From the NCBI GenBank assembly GCA_043800255.1, contig JAZDNF010000013.1:22474-86473 (forward strand): a stretch of 64,000 nucleotides of DNA. Direction: 5' to 3'. Source of the stretch: Candidatus Altiarchaeota archaeon (GTDB taxonomy: Archaea; Altiarchaeota; Altiarchaeia; IMC4; SCGC-AAA252-I15). The notes under the pieces are model-generated. The model ran no database searches. It was not told the DNA's origin and saw only the letters and a program-made list of their open reading frames with translations. The translations under genes were made by a program, and so were the position numbers. This document shows positions 10,051 to 18,630 of this stretch, piece after piece (the first letter of the stretch is position 1; each line of letters starts with the position of its first letter).

Positions 10051-10362
10051 ATGAAAACATGGGAAAAAGGCGCAATAATAGGAGCACTATGGGGAATAAT
10101 CACATTGCCAGCATATTTAATCATTGGTTATGTTTTCTGGGAAAAGGATATCCCTGAGATTGTTTCGATTTTTATGGATTTTCTTGCATTTGCTCCATTA
10201 ATAATTATTGGATTCTTTTTTTCCGAGGTAAGTCTCGCAGCCTTACAACTTCAGAGTAAATTAATCGAAATAATTTTCTATAACACATTAGGTTGGATTT
10301 TTTCTGGAATGATAATCTTCTCAATTATTCAGAAATATAGGACTAAGAGGAATAACAAATGA
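10051..10362 (+). CDS. Small membrane protein in an A/T-rich islet
   Basis: 103 aa with 3 predicted TM helices. Local G+C is much lower than in the flanking genes. Confidence 0.35.
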   Translation: MKTWEKGAIIGALWGIITLPAYLIIGYVFWEKDIPEIVSIFMDFLAFAPLIIIGFFFSEVSLAALQLQSKLIEIIFYNTLGWIFSGMIIFSIIQKYRTKRNNK

Positions 10363-10541
10363 GAAAAGCTAATTTTTTAATTTCAATAATTTTCATAATT
10401 TACTTATTAGTTCCCCCGGTTCCTGCATATAACACATATCTGAAACTGAAGGGGAATACAAATAAGTATCAATTGGATGCCCCAGGGAGGATTAATTCAA
10501 GCGATAATAACATTCCAGTTATAGTATATTTGAAAAAATGA
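10359..10541 (+). CDS. Small membrane/secreted protein in the same A/T-rich islet
   Basis: 60-aa ORF with an ATGA overlap with the previous ORF and a hydrophobic N-terminus. Confidence 0.25.
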   Translation: MRKANFLISIIFIIYLLVPPVPAYNTYLKLKGNTNKYQLDAPGRINSSDNNIPVIVYLKK

Positions 10542-10960
10542 CGACTGTTGTTGCGACTGGGGTTTTTGAGCTGATTCATCCGGGGCATATTCTGTTTCTG
10601 GAGGAGGCCAAAAAGCTGGGGGATCGGCTTGTTGTCATAGTGGCGTCTGACAGGAAGGCTGCTGAGAAGAGGAGGTTGGTGATACCTGCCGAACAGCGGC
10701 TGCATGTTGTTAGGTCATTGAAGCCTGTTGACGATGCGATAGTGGGAGACAGCGAGGACATGTTTAAGCCAATCCTCAGGTTGAAGCCTGATATTATCGC
10801 ATTGGGTAGGGATCAGAAGTTCGACGATGATGAGCTGAGGAGGATGCTTGCGGAGAGGGGGTTAAATGTGAAAGTGGTGAGGATAAGAGAGTACTGGGAC
10901 AAGCCGCTGCACGCGTCTAAGAAGATAATAGAAGAATTCAGAAAGCATCAGACAGCCTGA
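10538..10960 (+). CDS. ribL: FAD synthetase / FMN adenylyltransferase (archaeal RibL)
   Basis: Cytidylyltransferase fold (GVFELIHPGHILFL). ~140 aa, typical for RibL. Confidence 0.8.
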   Translation: MTTVVATGVFELIHPGHILFLEEAKKLGDRLVVIVASDRKAAEKRRLVIPAEQRLHVVRSLKPVDDAIVGDSEDMFKPILRLKPDIIALGRDQKFDDDELRRMLAERGLNVKVVRIREYWDKPLHASKKIIEEFRKHQTA

Positions 10961-11116
10961 GTCTGCCCGGGCTTTTCCCTCTTCTGGTCTCTTGACAGCC
11001 TCAGGAGTATGCCGCTCATGCCGGCCTTCTTCATCTCCTGGAACTCCTTCTCCGAGACCGTGAGCGTTCTAGACCCCTCGATGAAAACGTACTCGCCAGT
11101 CTCCTTGTTGTAGTAG
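10948..11116 (-). CDS. Small ORF (56 aa), hypothetical
   Basis: My own translation of the minus strand gives MELYYNKETGEYVFIEGSRTLTVSEKEFQEMKKAGMSGILLRLSRDQKREKPGQTQAV. It is below the track size cut-off. Confidence 0.3.
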
Positions 11117-11130
11117 AGCTCCATCGTATA

Positions 11131-11943
11131 CTATTGCCCCAGCAGGTTTTTAAGCTTTAGCGCGTCCTCCTCAAGATTAGGGGACTCTGAGATTAGCGTC
11201 ATATCAGGTTTTAGCCGTCTTATCACGTTGGCCAGCAGCCTGTAATCCGGCTGCCCTGAGCCTATTGGGAGGTGCTTTCTCTCGCCTCCCTTTTCAGTGT
11301 ACTCTATGCCTGAGAAATGGCAGTGCATGTGTTTTTTTCCGAAGGCTGCGCGGTATTTTTCGAATATGCCTTCAAAATCGCTCTCAGTCTTGAGGTTCCC
11401 ATTGTATCTTGCGTGCATGTGGCTGAAGTCGACGGCTGGGATGACGCCGTCCAAGCCTCTGCACAATCGTATTAGCTCGTCAAAGGTTCCGAACTGCTTC
11501 ACCTTGCCTGTGGTCTCAGGCCCCAACAGTATAGCATTGCCTTCGCCGTCCAAAATCCTGCGCAGGTCGACTACTGCCTCCCGTATCAGTTCGAACGCCT
11601 CCTCAGGAGGCCTGCCGGAGTAGAAGCCAGGATGGAATACGACGATGCCGGCGCCGGCCGCACGCCCTATCCTCGCCGACTTTAGGATTCTCTTCTTCGA
11701 CGCCTCTATCTTCTGCTTCTCCTTCGAGGCCAGGTTTATGAAATAGGGCGCGTGGACTGAGAGCGTGATGTCGTTGTCTGATGCCGCCTTCCTGACGCCG
11801 GCAGCAGTCTTCTCTGTCAGGAAAACCTGCCTCACGAACTCCAACTCCATCGAATTCAGGCCTATTTCCCGCAGGGTCTCGATGCCCTCGACCACGCCGC
11901 CCTCGCATCTCAACGGTATGCCGCCGGTTCCTATGCGTATCAT
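11131..11943 (-). CDS. nfo: Endonuclease IV (AP endonuclease family 2)
   Basis: TIM-barrel AP endonuclease 2 signature (LSVHAPYFINL, HxxHxxYN, His/Asp/Glu metal ligands). Confidence 0.8.
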   Translation of the reverse strand: MIRIGTGGIPLRCEGGVVEGIETLREIGLNSMELEFVRQVFLTEKTAAGVRKAASDNDITLSVHAPYFINLASKEKQKIEASKKRILKSARIGRAAGAGIVVFHPGFYSGRPPEEAFELIREAVVDLRRILDGEGNAILLGPETTGKVKQFGTFDELIRLCRGLDGVIPAVDFSHMHARYNGNLKTESDFEGIFEKYRAAFGKKHMHCHFSGIEYTEKGGERKHLPIGSGQPDYRLLANVIRRLKPDMTLISESPNLEEDALKLKNLLGQ

Positions 11944-11975
11944 CTTATAAGAAATATTATTACAAAGTTAATAGG

Positions 11976-12806
11976 ATGGGCAGACGGCCGAAATCAATGA
12001 GGGATGCGCTTGAAGGCAGACTGGATGAGAACGAGTTAGATCTGGTGCCGAGGGCTTTTGACATTATAGGCGACATTGCGGTGCTTGACCTGCCAGATGA
12101 GCTTTCAGGCAAGAGGAAGTTGATAGGTGAGGCGCTCCTTGAAACGTTCACGAACATAAAGGTTGTCGTGAACAAGAAATCCAACGTTGAGACAGAGTAC
12201 AGGATAAAGGACGTCGAAGCCATAGCAGGCGAGGATAGGACGGTCACCGTACATAAGGAGTACGGCTGCAGTTACAAACTGGACATCAGCAGAGCATACT
12301 TTTCGCCCAGATTGGGGACTGAGCGGATGAGGGTCGCGGAGCAGGTGAATGAAGGCGAACGGGTTCTGGTGATGTTCGCAGGCATAGGGCCGTATGCGAT
12401 ACTGATAGCAAAAAAGAGGAAGCCATCGGAGGTTGTCGCAGTCGAGATCAACCCAGACGCCGTCAGATACATGAGAGAGAACGTGAAACTGAACAAGGTG
12501 AATGTGACGATTGTGGAAGGAGACGCCAGAGAGGAGGTGCCAAAGTTGGGAGAGTTTGACAGGATAATAATGCCGCTGCCGAAGGACGCCCAGGATTTCC
12601 TGGATGTTGCGGTGCCTGCAGCCAAAGACGGCGGGATTATACACTTTTACAGCTTCGCCCACACTCCGGAAGAGCTGGGAGAGAGGGTTAAAGAAGTCTG
12701 CAGCAGTTTGGGATGCAAAGTAGAGGTGGAAAATTCAGTCCAATGCGGCTCCTACAGCCCCTGCCTTTCAAGAACGTGCGCGGACTTCAGGGTGACAAAA
12801 GATTAG
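11976..12806 (+). CDS. trm5: tRNA (guanine37-N1)-methyltransferase Trm5 / Taw2-like
   Basis: Met-10+ class I SAM methyltransferase (VLVMFAGIGPYAI, motif II NPD...). Confidence 0.75.
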   Translation: MGRRPKSMRDALEGRLDENELDLVPRAFDIIGDIAVLDLPDELSGKRKLIGEALLETFTNIKVVVNKKSNVETEYRIKDVEAIAGEDRTVTVHKEYGCSYKLDISRAYFSPRLGTERMRVAEQVNEGERVLVMFAGIGPYAILIAKKRKPSEVVAVEINPDAVRYMRENVKLNKVNVTIVEGDAREEVPKLGEFDRIIMPLPKDAQDFLDVAVPAAKDGGIIHFYSFAHTPEELGERVKEVCSSLGCKVEVENSVQCGSYSPCLSRTCADFRVTKD

Positions 12807-14059
12807 ACTATGACGCCTCGCAGGTCATAGTATGTGCAGTCGGTTATTCTGACTTTGACTTCTCGGCCAAGCATGTTTTCTGCTGGCTCCAGTATTATGG
12901 GCTTGTAGGCGTGGTTTCTGGCGGTGTAGGTTCCGTCAGGATTCGCCTCAGAGACCAGCGCACCTCCACCCCATCCAACCCATCTGCGGTTCTCCTCAAG
13001 GCCTATATTAGAGAACAGCCTGCTCATCCTCCTGGAACGCTCCTTCGTGACCCTGCCAGGATGCTGGTCCAGTGATGCTGCTCTCGTGCCAGGTCTCGGC
13101 CAGAACCGCGACACATTCAGCACAGCAGGCCTGACCTGTCTTATAAGGCTTAATGTAAGTTTGAAATCCCTGTCAGTCTCATTCGGGTAGCCGCAGATGA
13201 CGTCAGTCGAAAGCGTAATGTCAGGGATGCTCTCTCTGATGCGGGAGGTTAAACCTATGAAATCCTCTGCAGAGTATTTCCTGCCCATATCTCTCAATAC
13301 GTTGTCGCTGCCGCTCTGCACCGGGATGTGAGCGAACTTGTAAATCTTATCGTTCCCGTATGCTGTCATAAGTTCGTCCAAGAAGCTCAGAGCATGATCA
13401 GGGTTCATCATGCCAACCCGAATCTTGAAGCCGCCGTCTACATCGCATACGCTATGGAGGAGCTCAGGCAGGCTGCATCCGATGTCAGCCCCGTATGCTC
13501 CGGTGTCCTGCGCCGTGAGCCAGAACTCTCTGACGCCCCTGAGCACGCCATCCTCTATCCGCTCCACTATGGAATCAGCATCATACGACCTCAGTTTGCC
13601 CCTAGCCCGTTTGGTAATACAGTAGGAGCACCCGCCCAGACAGCCCTCTGCTATGGGCACAATATCTATGAACTGGCTGTCAGATGCGCGCGGGGCTGAG
13701 AATTTGTCAGAGCCTACGTCGATTTTCACGAACCTGGCTCCGGCTTCAACAGTCCTGACAGCGTCGCGTATGTCTGAGACGTTTGTGCCGATGAACGAGA
13801 ACCTTGGGAACCGGTCAACAATCGACTGGTCGGCGGCAGGCAGGCAGCCTGCCACAATGACCTTGCAGCCGTCTCCTGACAGCGCCTCCAGACGCCTAAT
13901 GATTTTATGCTCTGTGGGAGTCTTTACCGTGCAGGTGTTTATTATCCTCAGCTCGGCATCCTCGCTGAGGGTATAACCCATCTCCTGCATCAATCCTGAG
14001 ATTATGTGAGAGTCTGACTGGTTCAGAGCGCAACCGTAGGTCTCTAAGGCATAATCCAT
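12803..14059 (-). CDS. mtaB: Radical-SAM methylthiotransferase (MtaB / e-MtaB, ms2t6A37 family)
   Basis: MTTase N-domain (ETYGCALNQSD...TCTV), radical SAM CxxxCxxC (CLGGCSYC) and a TRAM domain. Confidence 0.8.
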   Translation of the reverse strand: MDYALETYGCALNQSDSHIISGLMQEMGYTLSEDAELRIINTCTVKTPTEHKIIRRLEALSGDGCKVIVAGCLPAADQSIVDRFPRFSFIGTNVSDIRDAVRTVEAGARFVKIDVGSDKFSAPRASDSQFIDIVPIAEGCLGGCSYCITKRARGKLRSYDADSIVERIEDGVLRGVREFWLTAQDTGAYGADIGCSLPELLHSVCDVDGGFKIRVGMMNPDHALSFLDELMTAYGNDKIYKFAHIPVQSGSDNVLRDMGRKYSAEDFIGLTSRIRESIPDITLSTDVICGYPNETDRDFKLTLSLIRQVRPAVLNVSRFWPRPGTRAASLDQHPGRVTKERSRRMSRLFSNIGLEENRRWVGWGGGALVSEANPDGTYTARNHAYKPIILEPAENMLGREVKVRITDCTYYDLRGVIV

Positions 14060-14092
14060 CGTGGTTTTAAGACTAGGGGAAAAATAGTTAAT

Positions 14093-14635
14093 ATGCGGCT
14101 GAAGTTCGCCATCCTCGCGGTTCTGGTCCTCCTGAGCGGCTGCCTGGGCAGGGAGCAGGCCACAGTCACAAAATACGTGTGCGCAGACGGCAGCGTCGTC
14201 CTAAACCCTAGAGAATGCATAATCGTGGAGAAACCTGCAACAGTGAAAGTCTACGTCTGCCCTGACGGCAGAACCGAGAACAGTGTCGAAGACTGCCCAA
14301 CAACTTCTACAGTCACTTCAACGCTATGCGAACCCTGCTTGCAGGAGACTTGCGGAAAGGAAGTTCAGGATAGTATCAGCTCCACATCAACAACGTCGGT
14401 TAAACCTTCAACAACATTGGAAACGTCCACAATCGAGGAGGTCTCCGAGGCAGAAAACGCCTGCATCAGCTTAGGCTGTGATGCGGATACGGCATACGTC
14501 GGCAGCAAGAATTCGGACAAGTATCATCCGTGCGACTGCCGTTACGCCAAGAGGATAAACCTGGAGAACATAGTCTGCTTCAGCTCTGCAGATGATGCCG
14601 CAGAGAGGGGTTACACGCCAAGCACCGGCTGCTAA
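14093..14635 (+). CDS. Lipoprotein with Cys-rich repeats and a C-terminal Ada-like zinc-binding motif
   Basis: Lipobox LLSGC. It has tandem C-x-D-G motifs and a Ser/Thr-rich linker. The C-terminus (YHPCDCRYAKRINLENIVCFSSADDAAERGYTPSTGC) matches the Ada_Zn_binding pattern C..C...N..F.S...A..AGY.PC..C. Confidence 0.5.
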   Translation: MRLKFAILAVLVLLSGCLGREQATVTKYVCADGSVVLNPRECIIVEKPATVKVYVCPDGRTENSVEDCPTTSTVTSTLCEPCLQETCGKEVQDSISSTSTTSVKPSTTLETSTIEEVSEAENACISLGCDADTAYVGSKNSDKYHPCDCRYAKRINLENIVCFSSADDAAERGYTPSTGC

Positions 14636-14684
14636 GGCTATTTTTAACCAGAAATTAATATGTTAAAAACATTCGAGGTGAACC

Positions 14685-14942
14685 ATGAACCAAGATGAGA
14701 AGGAGAGGAGGATTTTTGAACTGCAACTTGAAAAGGTCAAGCTACAGCATAAGTTCGCGAAAGACGGCTTTCTGATGATATTCTTCATGCTGTTTGTCGG
14801 GGGGCTTTTTGTGTCAACAAAATTATCGTATCTCCCGATACTGATGGTAGTGCTCATAGGGCTTTTTGTGGCAATACTGGCCCTCGTTGCGATACCAAGA
14901 GTGCTGTCGCACGAGCTTGACAAGCTGATGCCGAAGGAGTAG
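14685..14942 (+). CDS. Small membrane protein, hypothetical
   Basis: 85 aa with a charged N-terminus and two TM helices. Confidence 0.35.
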   Translation: MNQDEKERRIFELQLEKVKLQHKFAKDGFLMIFFMLFVGGLFVSTKLSYLPILMVVLIGLFVAILALVAIPRVLSHELDKLMPKE

Positions 14943-14968
14943 GGAGTCAAAAACTCCTCTCCTGTTTT

Positions 14969-16372
14969 CTAACCTCGGAGGGCATTAAGATGCCCTACAC
15001 TTTTTCTTATGTGACCCTCTGACGCGATGTCGCCCCTGTTCCAGAGTCCGCCACCTTTGATTGCGTTGACACCGTTAAGCGACATAGTCCTGGCCTCTTC
15101 TATGTCCGCGCCGAAGCCAACGCAGGCAACAGCTCTCGAGCCTAATGCGTATGCTTTTCCGTCGCGCAATTCCATCGACCCAGGATAGAGCCTGAAATTG
15201 CGGCCGTCCCTCACAAGGCCTGCTGCAGAGGCCAGTTCGACCGGCTTCCCAACCTCGTCCCTGAGAACCCTGCTGGGGTACGTTTTATCGTATCCTCCGT
15301 AGGATGGCGGCACCTTGTAGGTGACGACCGACGCCTTCTTCTCGAAATCGATTTTCTTCAATTTTCCCTCGATCATGTTATAGCATACGTCAACGAAGTC
15401 GTCCTTGATGAGGGGGACGATGTTCATTGCCTCAGGGTCTCCCAGTCGCGAGTTTATCTCCAGTATCTTCTGGCCTTCCCTGCCGTGCATGAAAGCCAAA
15501 TAGAAAGGTATGCCCCTCAGGCCGGGGTTGGCAGTCTTGCCTCTGACTTTATTGAAAATCTTCTCAGCGTACTTTACCTCAGACTCCCTGTCAGATTTGC
15601 TCATGAACGGAAGACGATCCTCGTAGCTCTTGTAGGAGCCCATGCCGCCGGTGTTCGGCCCCCGGTCGCCGTCAAAAGCCCGCTTATAGTCTCTGACATC
15701 TGGTGCCGGCACAAGGTGCTTCCCGTCGGAAAAGCACTGTAAGCTGGACTCCTCCCCCGCAATCTTCTCCTCGACAAGCACTGTGCCGCCCTCGAAGTTG
15801 GACATGAAATGCTCGTAGACTTCCTCTCTGGTTTTGAAGTGGTCTCCCCAGACTCCGACGCCCTTCCCGTATCCTGGAAGGTCTGGTTTGACAGCCACCT
15901 GGTTCTCGAGCTCGTCAAGCCACCCATAGAGGTCCTTTTTCACGTCCTCCTTGGAGCCGTAATCTGCCGGCCTGAAAACCTTGAACCTGGGGTTGGCTTC
16001 CGGCGCACAGTCTGCCATCATCTCCCTCTGGAGGACCTTCGACTCCTCGTAGGCGTATTCTTTGGTGGGGCATATGACTGGAATGCCGGTCTCAGCCTCG
16101 ACCTCGTCTCTTACGCCGTTGACTATGGGGCCCTCAGGGCCTATGAAACCGAAGTCTATCTTCTCCTTGTACTGGCCTACGAAGTCGGTGATTGAGGGAA
16201 CGTCCAGCTTCGGGATGACCTTATGTACTTCAGCCCTCTCGACGTTGAAGGGGTTCTTCTGCTTGTCAGCTATGTACAGTCTGACGTTGTGGCCGCTCCT
16301 CTTGAGGGCGTCCACAATGCAAGCCCCCCTTGAACCGTAGGTTACGACGAAAACTCCCACTTCAGCCATCAT
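14969..16372 (-). CDS. purD: Phosphoribosylamine--glycine ligase (GAR synthetase)
   Basis: ATP-grasp fold with PurD signatures (EEKIAGEESSLQCF, KRAFDGDRGPNTGGMGSY, NSRLGDPE). Confidence 0.8.
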   Translation of the reverse strand: MMAEVGVFVVTYGSRGACIVDALKRSGHNVRLYIADKQKNPFNVERAEVHKVIPKLDVPSITDFVGQYKEKIDFGFIGPEGPIVNGVRDEVEAETGIPVICPTKEYAYEESKVLQREMMADCAPEANPRFKVFRPADYGSKEDVKKDLYGWLDELENQVAVKPDLPGYGKGVGVWGDHFKTREEVYEHFMSNFEGGTVLVEEKIAGEESSLQCFSDGKHLVPAPDVRDYKRAFDGDRGPNTGGMGSYKSYEDRLPFMSKSDRESEVKYAEKIFNKVRGKTANPGLRGIPFYLAFMHGREGQKILEINSRLGDPEAMNIVPLIKDDFVDVCYNMIEGKLKKIDFEKKASVVTYKVPPSYGGYDKTYPSRVLRDEVGKPVELASAAGLVRDGRNFRLYPGSMELRDGKAYALGSRAVACVGFGADIEEARTMSLNGVNAIKGGGLWNRGDIASEGHIRKSVGHLNALRG

Positions 16373-16450
16373 ATCACCTCAACCAGAAACATAATCTTGT
16401 GTCAGAATAATTTGAAGGAGCACTTAAAAGTTAACGCACCATAATTAACG

Positions 16451-17497
16451 ATGACCATATTGTCTGACGATATCGGGAGCTTCCCGCCGCCTGCAGGTTT
16501 CACGCGTGAGGATGCAAGCCGGCTGGCCGACAGGATTGTGACCGGCAAGGCTTCAGAGGATGAGAAGGCGAGATTCAACAGGACAGTGGTTGAGCTGATG
16601 GACGCGAAAGTCTCAGCCGGCATAGAGGCTCCGAACTACCCGCAGCTGAGAGACATGATAGAGTCCTTCTACGCGTTGATTGAGAACCACTCCGAACCTG
16701 AGGAGCCTTTCGTCATATTGAAGGAGAATGCTGTGATGCCTGAAGTCGACGCGGTCGGGGAGTACGCCAGGAGGCATTACGAAGAGGTGGGAGAGCCGCT
16801 GAACCTAAGAGTCTGCGTCACAGGGCCTATCGACCTGTACGTGAGGAAGATAAGCACGCAGGTGGACGGCGACCTGTTGAAAAACCTGGGAAAGAGCGTC
16901 GGCCGGTTCCTGGAGAACGCGAGATTGGATGAGAAGCACGTAAAGACCAGAGTCGTCAGCATAGACGAGCCCTCATTAGGCTTGAACCCTAACATCATAG
17001 TAGAGCAGGAAGACCTCATAGAGGCCTGGAATCTCGCGACAGATGCTGTGAAAGACCTTGACGTTCAAGTGCACCTCCACTCTAGCGCGGAGGCTGAGAC
17101 GGTCTACCAGACGGACAGCATAAGGATTATCGGGGTCGAATCTGCCGAAGACCCGGACAACCTGAAAGGGTTCGAGAAAAAAGACCTTGACAGCTATGAC
17201 AGGTTTCTAAGAGTCGGAGTGTCAAGGTCCAACATCACTGGAATGATAGCAGACTACGAGAAGCAGACGGGCGTGAACGCAACTGGCAGGGAGGCACTCT
17301 TAAAGCTGGTCGACACTATGGAAGACCCTATCACCATAAGAGGGCGGCTCGAGAAAGCCTACAACATCTTCGGCGACAGGATAAAGTATGCCGGCCCGGA
17401 CTGCGGCCTGGGACTGTGGCCTGACATCAATGCGGCGGCAAGGCTGCTGGAGAACACCGCCAAATCCATAGCAGAGTTTAATAAGAACGGAGGATAA
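16451..17497 (+). CDS. Cobalamin-independent methionine synthase (MetE) C-terminal-domain-like protein
   Basis: UroD/MetE TIM-barrel family (VSIDEPSLG, GPDCGLG). One expected Zn-ligand Cys appears to be replaced, so the function is uncertain. Confidence 0.55.
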   Translation: MTILSDDIGSFPPPAGFTREDASRLADRIVTGKASEDEKARFNRTVVELMDAKVSAGIEAPNYPQLRDMIESFYALIENHSEPEEPFVILKENAVMPEVDAVGEYARRHYEEVGEPLNLRVCVTGPIDLYVRKISTQVDGDLLKNLGKSVGRFLENARLDEKHVKTRVVSIDEPSLGLNPNIIVEQEDLIEAWNLATDAVKDLDVQVHLHSSAEAETVYQTDSIRIIGVESAEDPDNLKGFEKKDLDSYDRFLRVGVSRSNITGMIADYEKQTGVNATGREALLKLVDTMEDPITIRGRLEKAYNIFGDRIKYAGPDCGLGLWPDINAAARLLENTAKSIAEFNKNGG

Positions 17498-17507
17498 ATC
17501 CTTTAAG

Positions 17508-18092
17508 ATGAGAGAGGCAAAAGCCAGGAGGAAGACTAAGGAGACCGACGTCGAAATCCAGCTCAACATAGACGGGACCGGCAAATCCGAAGTGAAAGTC
17601 CCGCTTAAGTTTCTCTCGCACATGCTCGACTCCTTCTCAAAGCACTCAGGCTTCGACCTCAAGATTAAGGCCAAAGGCGACCTCGAGATTGACGACCACC
17701 ATCTCGTTGAGGACGTCGGGATAACGCTGGGGGAGGCGCTGAACAAGGCGCTGGGAGATAAGAAAGGCATAACCCGGATGGCCTACTCCATCGTTCCGAT
17801 GGAGGACTCAAAAGCTGAGGTGTCAGTCGACCTGAGCGGCAGGCCGTACGCCAAAATCGAGCTACCGTTCTCGGAGTTCCAGGACAGAAGAGTTGGAGAC
17901 ACTAGCAAGGAGAACATCGTCCACTTCTTGGAATCCTTCGCATTGAACGGAAAATTCAACCTGAACATAAAAGTCGAAGGCAGAAACGACCATCACAAGG
18001 TGGAATCCTGCTTCAAGGCGCTTGCCAATGCATTGAAAGAGGCTGTAAAGATTACTGGGAAAGGCATACCCTCAACAAAGGGCGTTATCTGA
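17508..18092 (+). CDS. hisB: Imidazoleglycerol-phosphate dehydratase
   Basis: IGPD motifs (DDHHLVEDVGI, HHKVES). Confidence 0.85.
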   Translation: MREAKARRKTKETDVEIQLNIDGTGKSEVKVPLKFLSHMLDSFSKHSGFDLKIKAKGDLEIDDHHLVEDVGITLGEALNKALGDKKGITRMAYSIVPMEDSKAEVSVDLSGRPYAKIELPFSEFQDRRVGDTSKENIVHFLESFALNGKFNLNIKVEGRNDHHKVESCFKALANALKEAVKITGKGIPSTKGVI

Positions 18093-18615
18093 GCAACTCG
18101 GCAGTCGGTTTCATGCCGTTTATTCTGGCAAACGTTGACATGACCTTCACCAGACTGTCGATTTTGCCGTAATCAACAACTGCCTCATCAATGCCTGATC
18201 TCTCACAGCTCATGAGCAGGTTGGTCACTGCCAGCTGGTGGGTGCTGTTTTCGCCTGACGTCATCTCAAAAGCAGGGTATTCGCCGTGCAGGTTAGCCTC
18301 CCCAGCCGCCATAATCTGACGCAGACGCTCATCAGCCCATCGGGTCCTTAGAGTTGAGGCACAATGCTCGATATTCCGGAGGTGGGCTTTCGCTTTCTTG
18401 GGCCCGAAAAGTTCGACAAATGCCTTGCTTTCGCCAGGAGAGAACATGCCCTTAGCCTCAAGGACGGCGCCCATCGTGTCAAAAACAGAGGTTTTTCTTG
18501 CTGGCTTAAGGTCAGGCAGTTCGGTGAACATGACCTTAGGTTCAACCGCCTGATGCTCGCCCTTGGATCTGCTTGCGGGTTTAATGCCGCTCACGATTAA
18601 TATTGGCCAATACAA
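18085..18615 (-). CDS. Hypothetical protein, divergent from rbcL
   Basis: 176-aa ORF with coding-like composition. I recognise no motif. Confidence 0.4.
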   Translation of the reverse strand: MYWPILIVSGIKPASRSKGEHQAVEPKVMFTELPDLKPARKTSVFDTMGAVLEAKGMFSPGESKAFVELFGPKKAKAHLRNIEHCASTLRTRWADERLRQIMAAGEANLHGEYPAFEMTSGENSTHQLAVTNLLMSCERSGIDEAVVDYGKIDSLVKVMSTFARINGMKPTAELLR

Positions 18616-18630
18616 TTAATTAACCTTAGA

